Below, piece by piece: positions 6,599 through 14,470 of a stretch of DNA of 31,587 bases (its first letter is position 1; every line of letters begins with the position of its first letter). The DNA comes from a virus (Duplodnaviria > Caudoviricetes): IMG/VR virus record IMGVR_UViG_3300032212_000111, positions 1 through 31,587 of that record; one strand, written 5' to 3'. The notes beneath the pieces were generated by a model that saw only the letters and a program-made list of their open reading frames with translations, made no database searches and was not told the DNA's origin. Both the position numbers and the translations under genes were made by a program.

Positions 6599-6820
6599 AT
6601 GGATAGGTATGTAACGGAAATCTCATCTAGCGATATGCTAAAAGACCCCAATGGTGAGTATGTATTATATTCAGATTACATCACCCTACAGGATAAGATT
6701 AAGGGGCTGGCTGAGAAGTATAAAAGAACTGGCATGGCGCATCACGATTATTGCGCCGATGAGTTGTTATCTCTACTTGAGAGCGTTCAAGACCTGCCTG
6801 ACACCAAAAGCGCCCCATGA
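6599..6820 (+). CDS. Hypothetical phage protein ('DPNGEYVLYSDY' type)
   Basis: AGGGA SD; last gene of the rightward operon; 48-bp convergent overlap with the hydrolase gene. Confidence 0.65.
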   Translation: MDRYVTEISSSDMLKDPNGEYVLYSDYITLQDKIKGLAEKYKRTGMAHHDYCADELLSLLESVQDLPDTKSAP

Positions 6821-7414
6821 TTTAAGTATTTCAGGGTCATTTATATGGGAATGGCCTGATACGGGCGGCATATCGTCTTGTGGCGGCTTTTCGCCCTTAA
6901 ACACCTGATAGCTGCTATCTATAAAACTCGGCCCATATCGCCCCTGCTCGCCGTATGGATGCCTGAAAAACCAGCTAACAGGGTTTAACCGTCTATACCA
7001 TTTACCGGCTGCAACGGCTATATCGTCTTTATTGCAATACACATGCACAAAAGGCGCATCTATGAACCTATCCACATTTAGGGCGGGATTAAGCAATACG
7101 ACACCGGCGGGAAATACGAAGCTATCCACAGCATCGGCTATGATTGCGCATCCATTCGAGTGCCCAAGCAGAATATCACCAGGTTTAACCACTTTTAATA
7201 ATCTTTCAACAACATCAGGATTAACAAAAAATCGCGCTGTGAGTGCGTAGACCTTGCCATAATCCCAGACTTTTACGTTAAATCCGGCATCATTGAAGTA
7301 TTTTGCCCAGTTACCTGGGCCGGTTTCCGGATTATCGCGGTGTATGCCATGCAATATGTGGACGGTTGGCAGGTCGCTCGGTATGGTTTTAATGTGGTCG
7401 ATGATTCTGATCAA
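6773..7414 (-). CDS. Alpha/beta-hydrolase (putative lipase/esterase)
   Basis: ILHGI oxyanion motif, GHSNG nucleophile elbow, LLNPAL, KDDIAV and GHSH; TTG start with GAGGA SD. Confidence 0.8.
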   Translation of the reverse strand: MIRIIDHIKTIPSDLPTVHILHGIHRDNPETGPGNWAKYFNDAGFNVKVWDYGKVYALTARFFVNPDVVERLLKVVKPGDILLGHSNGCAIIADAVDSFVFPAGVVLLNPALNVDRFIDAPFVHVYCNKDDIAVAAGKWYRRLNPVSWFFRHPYGEQGRYGPSFIDSSYQVFKGEKPPQDDMPPVSGHSHINDPEILKSWGAFGVRQVLNALK

Positions 7415-7416
7415 GA

Positions 7417-7848
7417 CTAATCCTCATAATCCGGATGTAAATCGCCAGTTAGCATCATATAATGCAGCCTGTCTGCTCTAACGCCGACCTGAGAAGCCCA
7501 TCTTGAATCCATCATTTCATCAGCGGCCAGCGTGTAATCTTTGTTTTTTAACGCGGCTATCATTTTCTTAAACTGCATTAGCTTAAACATGCCAAGATTG
7601 AACGCCATATCAATGATGACTAATTGCCTGATGTTGTCGTGGTCTGTCGCCCACTTGTGAGGCTGTAGCTCGTCTTTTACCTCTTGCACATCGTTATCGT
7701 AGATAAGGCGAATCTCGTCCGGCCTAAGGCCTTTATCGGTGATATTGTGGCCTATACCAATAGTCAGCTTTCCGACCGAATCAGCGTATAGGCTTGACTC
7801 ATACCCCTCATCTAAAATGAGCATTTTTCTTAATATTTCATTTATCAT
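7417..7848 (-). CDS. Endolysin, GH24 (T4-lysozyme-like)
   Basis: Catalytic E-x8-D-x5-T in DEGYESSLYADSVGKLTIGIGHN; DMAFNLG; DSRWASQV..RA. Confidence 0.9.
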   Translation of the reverse strand: MINEILRKMLILDEGYESSLYADSVGKLTIGIGHNITDKGLRPDEIRLIYDNDVQEVKDELQPHKWATDHDNIRQLVIIDMAFNLGMFKLMQFKKMIAALKNKDYTLAADEMMDSRWASQVGVRADRLHYMMLTGDLHPDYED

Positions 7849-8156
7849 TCTAGGTTCGCATATACAGTGAAGTGATCAATATCTGTTTTCCACGTACCGG
7901 CGGGCATAACAATCGCGCCCTGTACGCACCATTCACCAGCTTTCGACAAATCACCTGAAACAGTGGTATAGCTTATTTTGCCATCAGTGCCATCAGTAAC
8001 AAACGATCCAGCTTTTGGCAGAATCGTCTTATCTGGTTTTTTAAAAACAATATTTTTAGTAGTTGCCGTAGAAATATCCACAGCCGCGCTACCGTCCATC
8101 ACCGTTATGGTGAAAACAGTGCCAATATCGCCTTTTCTTATTTCGCCATCAGCCAT
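7845..8156 (-). CDS. BppU N-terminal-like (Ig-like) virion protein
   Basis: IRKGDIG..F.ITV.D....VDIS.....FKKPD...DGKISY.....DL..AG.W pattern. Confidence 0.6.
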   Translation of the reverse strand: MADGEIRKGDIGTVFTITVMDGSAAVDISTATTKNIVFKKPDKTILPKAGSFVTDGTDGKISYTTVSGDLSKAGEWCVQGAIVMPAGTWKTDIDHFTVYANLE

Positions 8157-8435
8157 TTAACCCTCCACGCTAATGCTTGTGCTTTGCTCAATATACAGCT
8201 TCATGCCAAGGCTTCTATCAATATGGCCTATAAAGCTATCTGCTCTGGATATAAATAAAACCAGATTGATTGTATCAATAATAACATCATCAACCGGCAA
8301 ATCGGCCAATATGCCGCCATAAGAAAACGAGGCATTTTGTCTATCTGCTTGTGCAATCTCGCCATCAGGAATCAACCCGCGCAGAAACGGCAAGCCAAAA
8401 GTTAGAGCAGACTGCCTTTTAGCCGCCGTATCCAT
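8157..8435 (-). CDS. Hypothetical protein of the accessory virion module
   Basis: TAATG coupling with the 648-aa gene; abuts the BppU-like gene. Confidence 0.7.
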   Translation of the reverse strand: MDTAAKRQSALTFGLPFLRGLIPDGEIAQADRQNASFSYGGILADLPVDDVIIDTINLVLFISRADSFIGHIDRSLGMKLYIEQSTSISVEG

Positions 8436-10381
8436 TAACTATATTCGCCATCAGTATAGGTTGTGCCATCATCTGAAACGGTAGCCGTGCCGACCGCCGT
8501 AGTCGTGTCATCGGCTCTAATCGTTCTGGTTGTTGATGTCTGCTCAACCTGGTTTCTGGCCAGCATGTATAAAAATGTAATTTTATCTTTAAGCGATGCC
8601 GTTGCCGCCGGTATAGATGCCAATTCCGCAAAGGTATCCGTTACCATTACATCAAGCATTTGTGCATTCACATCAGCCGCGCTTATGTCATTTAATGCTG
8701 ATATTGATGCAGGGATTGTTGTACCAGTATCAACCAAAACAGCATCGACAACCGTATCAATCGCCGCAATATCTGTGCTCATATCAGCGCCAGCAGGCGA
8801 TCCAAGCGTAGCCGGTATAGTTGTCCCTGTATCTACAAGGATAGACTCTAAACTATCCGCTTTTAGCGTGTCATCATTAACCGTTGGCGTGCCTGTTAAG
8901 TTGTTAGTAACCGCTTTTGCAATACCTCGAATCTCAACAGAAGCATCCGCACCGTTTAGGGTGACTGTGCCAAAAGTCCCCTCAAGGGTCACAACGTCAC
9001 CAGAGGCAAGGTTATTCAACGTAATGCCGCCTGACCATTTTCTAACAGATAGATTGGTAGCCCCTACTGCTGCACCCATATCAATAGTCGGGGCAGAAGA
9101 ACCAGCAATACCGGATTGGCAATCCTCAATGGTGTAATCTGCTGCTTGAGATAAAACCAATCCACCAGAACCAATACTAGACCTTGTTATGTGGGCTTTC
9201 CCTAGCGTACATGCAGTGCTATTGGCGATATGTGAATCAAGGATATGTACTTCGCCGGTCGCAGATGTGCCTGTACCGCTAACATCATTCCAGTGGTAGA
9301 AATGAGAACTGGATACATTCTGACCACCAAGAGCCATAGTCCCGCCATTGCTAGACCATACCTCGTTAGCGTGTGCCTCTGCAAAGGTTATCGTTGATTC
9401 ATTGCTTACCATAAATCTATGTAGGCCGATATTAGAGCCAATTGTTATTGCATCGGCTAATGTCAATACAGGATTGTCAGCTACGCCATTTACATAAGCC
9501 TCAGTACCCGCCGTGCCGTCACCGGTATCAATCCATACCTGACCTCCATCATAGCCAATAGATTCCGCCACAACAGAATATGATACAAAAAGCTGATCAA
9601 CATCTAACGTGCTTGAGCTTAACCCCGTATCATAAAATCTAAGTCTAACCTTGCCAAGATTTGCGCCCGTGCCTGTATGCCGCGCTAATGCTGACCAGCT
9701 TCTTTCAAGCCTTGTAGTGCTATTTTGTCCGTTAAGCGTTGCAATGGTGTCCCATGTGGTATTTCCCCAATCATAAGCCTGTATTGACATGCTATCGTTT
9801 GAGCCGTTTAGGTAGCCATAGTAAACAAACTCAGTGGCTACGCCGTTACCGCTAACGTCAAATTGATAGTAAAGGTCTGTCGTGCCTGCGGTGTCAGTAT
9901 GCTGATGAGGCGTACCATCGCGGGTTTCAGTGCTTGCAAACGTGCCGGATGATTGCGTGCCTGTTGTTAGCGTGTATGATTCTGCAACGGTTGATATTGA
10001 TGCAGAGCCAACCGCAAAGTTATCAACAGAAGATTGAACTGATGCCACATCAGTAATAACAGCCGCATCCTCAACAGTAAACGAGGCCACAACTTCACCA
10101 ACAACCGATACGCCGCCGACTGTGCCTGTTGTGATAACAACATCATAAGACTTGCCAGCCTCATAGCCATTGTCTGCTGTTGCGACAATAGTGGCCTGAT
10201 TTAATCCTGTAACAGAATCATAATCCGCCGACACCGAAACGCCTGCCGTTATTTGTGTTGTGTTGTTTTCTTCATACACAGATAAAACAGGCGTACCGCC
10301 TAATGTTGTGGGGATACCCGTTGCAAAGGCGCGAGTCGTGAAGCGCGGATAAATCGTATCTTCTAAATTTATATCTCTCAT
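8435..10381 (-). CDS. Large Thr/Ser/Gly-rich multidomain virion protein (putative fibre/spike with a beta-helix)
   Basis: 648 aa; beta-helix cap-like motif VWIDTGDG...G..DNPVLTLADAI; duplicated LVDTGTTIPA; ATGA coupling. Confidence 0.65.
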   Translation of the reverse strand: MRDINLEDTIYPRFTTRAFATGIPTTLGGTPVLSVYEENNTTQITAGVSVSADYDSVTGLNQATIVATADNGYEAGKSYDVVITTGTVGGVSVVGEVVASFTVEDAAVITDVASVQSSVDNFAVGSASISTVAESYTLTTGTQSSGTFASTETRDGTPHQHTDTAGTTDLYYQFDVSGNGVATEFVYYGYLNGSNDSMSIQAYDWGNTTWDTIATLNGQNSTTRLERSWSALARHTGTGANLGKVRLRFYDTGLSSSTLDVDQLFVSYSVVAESIGYDGGQVWIDTGDGTAGTEAYVNGVADNPVLTLADAITIGSNIGLHRFMVSNESTITFAEAHANEVWSSNGGTMALGGQNVSSSHFYHWNDVSGTGTSATGEVHILDSHIANSTACTLGKAHITRSSIGSGGLVLSQAADYTIEDCQSGIAGSSAPTIDMGAAVGATNLSVRKWSGGITLNNLASGDVVTLEGTFGTVTLNGADASVEIRGIAKAVTNNLTGTPTVNDDTLKADSLESILVDTGTTIPATLGSPAGADMSTDIAAIDTVVDAVLVDTGTTIPASISALNDISAADVNAQMLDVMVTDTFAELASIPAATASLKDKITFLYMLARNQVEQTSTTRTIRADDTTTAVGTATVSDDGTTYTDGEYS

Positions 10382-10575
10382 CCTGCGAGTCCTCCACCGA
10401 CTCCTGCTAAACCGCCATGACCCGCAAGGCCACCGTGATTAGTTAAACTGTTAATTCTTCCGCTGGCTATATTCTGCTCGCTTATCACTACGCCAAAAGG
10501 TGTCATGGCATCTTTGTTAGTATCTAAAAATACCACCGTTCCGTCTGGTAGTATTGCTGTGCGTTCAGTAGCCAT
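10378..10575 (-). CDS. Small protein with C-terminal GGLAG repeats
   Basis: HGGLAGHGGLAGVGGGLAG; coupled on both sides. Confidence 0.7.
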   Translation of the reverse strand: MATERTAILPDGTVVFLDTNKDAMTPFGVVISEQNIASGRINSLTNHGGLAGHGGLAGVGGGLAG

Positions 10576-11897
10576 TATGCAACCCCAATTTTAGGATCAA
10601 GGTAAAGCGTATCTGGTGACGCTTGGCGTTTTGCCAAATGAACACGAGCATAAACAAAACCCTCGAACCCTGGTGTTGTTGTTACGCTAAACTTCTGATG
10701 ATTATTGCCGCCAGTACCCCACGTAGACCCAGTGTCGTCTGTTACGGCTGTGCTTGAATCAAGTAAACGAGCAAGAGCAGGATCGAATGTTTGGTCATGC
10801 TGTGCTGTATCTGCTGAGTCTGGTGTGTAAAACTCACACCATACCTCGTCCTCGTTGTAATCGGTTGAGGCTGTTGAGTTAGCAATATAGACAGTACAGG
10901 TTTTCGATGCCCCGCCCTCTACCCATGCCATTAGCCAAGGTGATTTTAGATTAGCGGAACTGCCTTCTAGTGTTGCGCTGGCATTAGCGGTCATGGCATA
11001 ACTAAATCCACCTGTAGCCCCATCATCTGCGCCACCTGTTCTGATTATTGTTGTCTCTGAGTCTATTGTTCCGTAATAGCCTTTTTCTTCGTAATCAGAA
11101 AAACTGGTTGTGTTTCCCTTTGATGCTGCGTTATCAGAACAAGCTATACAGATGGCCTTTGCTCTAATTGTTGTGATTGTTGGAGAGCTAACGAAACTTG
11201 TAGGTATTTTACAATTAGTAAAATTCATGTTTCTAGTTACCCCTGACTGTGAAAAATTAACAGAAGTTGATCCTGAAAAATCAACACCATAGAAATCTGC
11301 GCCACCACCTGTGAAATTGGAAATATAACTGGCGTTTGTTGTGCTTACTTTGCCGCCATACATTTTTAACCTTGTGTCTGCTCTATCAAGCTGAATACGG
11401 GGTACTAGAATGTCACAGTTATAGAGATAAGCATCTCCACTAATGCCGCCTACTCTTAGACTGTGATCGCCGTCAAAATCGCACCCTACAAACGTGGCCT
11501 CTAAAACACCATTCCCTAAATCAATCACGCCTTGTGGCTGAAAGCTGAAACCAGTAAAAGAATAATAACCTGAAAATGTAAGAGAGTTATTGCTTGTAAC
11601 CGTAATCGGAAAAAGTGTGTCTGTTCCTTTTGCCAGCAAATCACTAGTTACAACACTTGTGCCTGTGTTGGTTGTACCATCTTTAACAGCTATAATTTTG
11701 CAAGGGTTTCCTGCTGTGCCGCTTGATGCAAGCGTTATTGATGTTGCAGATGTTAGCCCTGCCGCACCCTGAACATAACAAACATCACCCGCACTCATCG
11801 CAGCCATAACAGTAACAAGGCTTTGACCAGCTTTAGCCCATGTATCATAGGGTGCTGTTGCGCCACTACCATCTGTATCTACATAGAAAAATGCCAT
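10575..11897 (-). CDS. Putative parallel beta-helix spike / receptor-binding protein
   Basis: N-terminal FYVDTDG....PYDTWAKA.......AGDVCYV cap motif followed by beta-solenoid-like repeats. Confidence 0.6.
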   Translation of the reverse strand: MAFFYVDTDGSGATAPYDTWAKAGQSLVTVMAAMSAGDVCYVQGAAGLTSATSITLASSGTAGNPCKIIAVKDGTTNTGTSVVTSDLLAKGTDTLFPITVTSNNSLTFSGYYSFTGFSFQPQGVIDLGNGVLEATFVGCDFDGDHSLRVGGISGDAYLYNCDILVPRIQLDRADTRLKMYGGKVSTTNASYISNFTGGGADFYGVDFSGSTSVNFSQSGVTRNMNFTNCKIPTSFVSSPTITTIRAKAICIACSDNAASKGNTTSFSDYEEKGYYGTIDSETTIIRTGGADDGATGGFSYAMTANASATLEGSSANLKSPWLMAWVEGGASKTCTVYIANSTASTDYNEDEVWCEFYTPDSADTAQHDQTFDPALARLLDSSTAVTDDTGSTWGTGGNNHQKFSVTTTPGFEGFVYARVHLAKRQASPDTLYLDPKIGVA

Positions 11898-12364
11898 TAC
11901 AATTCCACCTGCAATGCTATATCAGCTTCTAATTGAGACTGTAGAGATAGAACGCTTGTGATTCTGTCGCGTATCTTTATTCGCGTATCAACATCAAAGG
12001 CTTGTTCTAATTCTGCATCTGTTACTGTGTCGCCAATGGCTGCAATGACTAATGCCTTTTCTGCTGGCAGTGACATTGCGCCTTTAACTACTGCGCGGAT
12101 ATTCTCAATGCGGTCTAAATAATCACTTCTGGAGTCGTAGTTGCCCGACTTAATATCTTGTGTGACCCGCTCTGCTTCGTTACTCAAGAACCCATCAAAT
12201 ACAGTAATAGCATGTTGAGCAAGGTTAGCGTCCTTATCCGCATCACTTGTGGTGCGATAGCGGTAATCGTGTATCTTGCCAGTGTGGTCAGTATGCTGCT
12301 CATAGACAGCAATACCATTTGGCTTATTGATAACACGCAATATTGATGAAGATACTATTGGCAT
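11897..12364 (-). CDS. Hypothetical protein, first gene of the accessory module
   Basis: 155-aa ORF with TAATG coupling downstream. Confidence 0.7.
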   Translation of the reverse strand: MPIVSSSILRVINKPNGIAVYEQHTDHTGKIHDYRYRTTSDADKDANLAQHAITVFDGFLSNEAERVTQDIKSGNYDSRSDYLDRIENIRAVVKGAMSLPAEKALVIAAIGDTVTDAELEQAFDVDTRIKIRDRITSVLSLQSQLEADIALQVEL

Positions 12365-12450
12365 ATTAATGGGTCATTTGTTAATTCGTCTTTTAGCATT
12401 ATTCGCCACCCTTTGATATAAAGAAATTATAACCCAAAAACGCATCCAAG

Positions 12451-12816
12451 CTAATCACGGGACGTAGCATGACCGGCATGATAATGCTTATCCTTGTTGT
12501 TTATGTGCTTAAATGATTCTTCGACCATCGTGCCTCGCCTCTCTTGCTCAGACCTTACAATACCAATATTTTTTGCTGCATCTATATTACTGGCTAATAC
12601 TGACTCTATTAGGACTTCAATCCGAATTAATCGGTTATTAACGCTTCTTAGTTGATCAATCGCTCTGCTGTTTTGCTTTATGACAGCGGTATTGTTTTCA
12701 ATCTTATTAACAAGCTCGCCAGCATAATAAAGGCCGCCAAGACCTTCTAGTATAAGCGCGCCAACCAAAAACCCAACAACTCTACGCCCAAACGCATCAT
12801 CCTGTCTGTTCGTCAT
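12451..12816 (-). CDS. Single-TM coiled-coil protein (holin/antiholin candidate)
   Basis: TM segment VVGFLVGALILEGLGGLYYAG followed by heptad repeats; AGGA SD. Confidence 0.55.
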   Translation of the reverse strand: MTNRQDDAFGRRVVGFLVGALILEGLGGLYYAGELVNKIENNTAVIKQNSRAIDQLRSVNNRLIRIEVLIESVLASNIDAAKNIGIVRSEQERRGTMVEESFKHINNKDKHYHAGHATSRD

Positions 12817-12827
12817 TATACTTCCTT

Positions 12828-13019
12828 TCAGTGGTTATGGCCGTTTATCCTCTGCCATATTTGTGTATGAGATCTTTCTAGCTTATTAATTGATTTTTCA
12901 TTATCTGAAATATTATCTTGCATCACAAACCACGTACCAATGACGCTGCTTAATGCTACACATAAGGATATTACTGTGGCGGGAGACATGCCAGCAAAAT
13001 GCCCTTTGCGCTGCTCCAT
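12828..13019 (-). CDS. Small single-TM coiled-coil protein (holin/XhlA-like candidate)
   Basis: TM segment VISLCVALSSVIGTWFV followed by a coiled coil. Confidence 0.55.
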   Translation of the reverse strand: MEQRKGHFAGMSPATVISLCVALSSVIGTWFVMQDNISDNEKSINKLERSHTQIWQRINGHNH

Positions 13020-13240
13020 TACTGAACCTTACCTTTAGCCGCTGCCCTTAATTGCCCTCTAGCAAGCCCTTGTGCATCTTCTACCGCTTCAAGAATTAGC
13101 CTTAGAGGCTCGCTAGCATCCAAAGCCAAGTCGATAGCGTCTTGCCTTTCTTGTACGGTCAAAGGAGCGGGATCAACGCCACCAGGGGCATCGGGAAAAG
13201 ATGTCTCTTCGCCTGTTTTTACATTTTTTTCTATACGCAT
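13019..13240 (-). CDS. Small protein after the tailspike (tail fibre chaperone-like)
   Basis: Position, plus 'RIEKNVKTGE' N-terminus of a type seen after fibre genes (recalled, not searched). Confidence 0.5.
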   Translation of the reverse strand: MRIEKNVKTGEETSFPDAPGGVDPAPLTVQERQDAIDLALDASEPLRLILEAVEDAQGLARGQLRAAAKGKVQ

Positions 13241-13245
13241 AATAA

Positions 13246-14466
13246 TTACTCGTATTGGATGTTGATTTCGCCAGCGTCAAATGCATCTGTGCCGCCGGTT
13301 GTCGTTATTCTTACCCTGTCTAATTCAGCCGAGAGTGATTTAGCCCCAGAAGAAAAATAATTAGCCGCGCCAGCTCTGTTAAGATTCGCAGATTCCATCC
13401 AAGAAAAAGATGTGCTGTTTTCTAACACAAGGACTATCACAGCCCATATAGATGAGGATGCCGCCATCCCGTTAATCACTATAAAACCAGACGAGTTAGC
13501 TGTTCTGCTTGCTGATCCATCTTCACCAACACCGCCAGAGTAACCCGAGGTTTCTACGCCTCCAGCGTCTCCAAGTTGCACGATTAAATCTGATGTGCCG
13601 TTAGTTGATACGCCATTAAGGGATATGATGATTTTCTTTGTTCCTGCGGGAATAGAAGTAAAATCAATAGACGTTCCAGACGTTGAGGCAACAGGCGTGC
13701 CTAAAGCGATGGAACCGGCTATAGGGTTCCCGCTCGCCTTGTCATAAGACAGCATTCGCCAATCGCCAGTAGCGTATTCATAAAAGGCCATAACATCGCC
13801 TGTAACTATATCAATGTCATCGCCGCCAATCAAAATCAGGTTTGTTGCATCGTGTGTAAGCGTTCTGGATGATCCTGCTTGCAGCCAAACAACACGCCCC
13901 ACGCCAACAGTCGCAATCCCATCAATCTGCTGTGTACCCGTCATGGTGAAATAATCGCCATCTGTCGGCAGGGTTAAGATATTCGATCCATCTATATCAT
14001 CATCATCAATAGCCGTTCCGGTTTTGTAGTTTAACCGGTTTAAGTAAAACAGCTCCCAATTCACCGCGTCAGTCGTTGGATCGTTGCCCTGATTCGCACC
14101 AGCTAGCGAAATGTAATACTCGCCATCTGAGCCTAAAACGATTTCATTCACCGCATAGGTATTGTCATTAGTCCAAGATTCAAATTGACCATCAATGATG
14201 TCGCCAACCGGATCTGCTGACCATATCGTTACATCATTAGCATCTTTTTGAACAACGGCATAAATACCATTAAGGAATATATCGCTTGAATATCTGCCTG
14301 ATGAATCGGCCACCTGCGGATTTGTTGTGGCAGTCGTGAAACCCGAATCAGAGTAAATGGTTTTTAATGTCGTTGTGCCGGTTTCATAAAAATACAGTTT
14401 TGCGCCAGATACGGGCGCGCCGTTGACTGTTTGAATGAAAGGCACTGGATTGATATATCTTGAGAT
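13246..14466 (-). CDS. Tailspike/fibre with a P22-type head-binding N-domain and a CBM5/12-like module (start ATC 14466 or ATG 14499)
   Basis: NGAPVSGAKLYFYETGTTT..IYSD...TNPQVADSSGR head-binding pattern; W....TYAVNEIV...G..Y.SL..ANQGNDP....W module; position after gp16. Confidence 0.75.
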   Translation of the reverse strand: MSRYINPVPFIQTVNGAPVSGAKLYFYETGTTTLKTIYSDSGFTTATTNPQVADSSGRYSSDIFLNGIYAVVQKDANDVTIWSADPVGDIIDGQFESWTNDNTYAVNEIVLGSDGEYYISLAGANQGNDPTTDAVNWELFYLNRLNYKTGTAIDDDDIDGSNILTLPTDGDYFTMTGTQQIDGIATVGVGRVVWLQAGSSRTLTHDATNLILIGGDDIDIVTGDVMAFYEYATGDWRMLSYDKASGNPIAGSIALGTPVASTSGTSIDFTSIPAGTKKIIISLNGVSTNGTSDLIVQLGDAGGVETSGYSGGVGEDGSASRTANSSGFIVINGMAASSSIWAVIVLVLENSTSFSWMESANLNRAGAANYFSSGAKSLSAELDRVRITTTGGTDAFDAGEINIQYE

Positions 14467-14470
14467 GGGG

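Noticed and set aside
6289-6651. 120-aa minus-strand ORF
   Set aside because: Atypical composition, antisense to the structured RNA and to the 6599 gene.
8463-9137. 224-aa plus-strand ORF
   Set aside because: Antisense shadow of the 648-aa Thr/Ala-rich gene; no SD or motifs.
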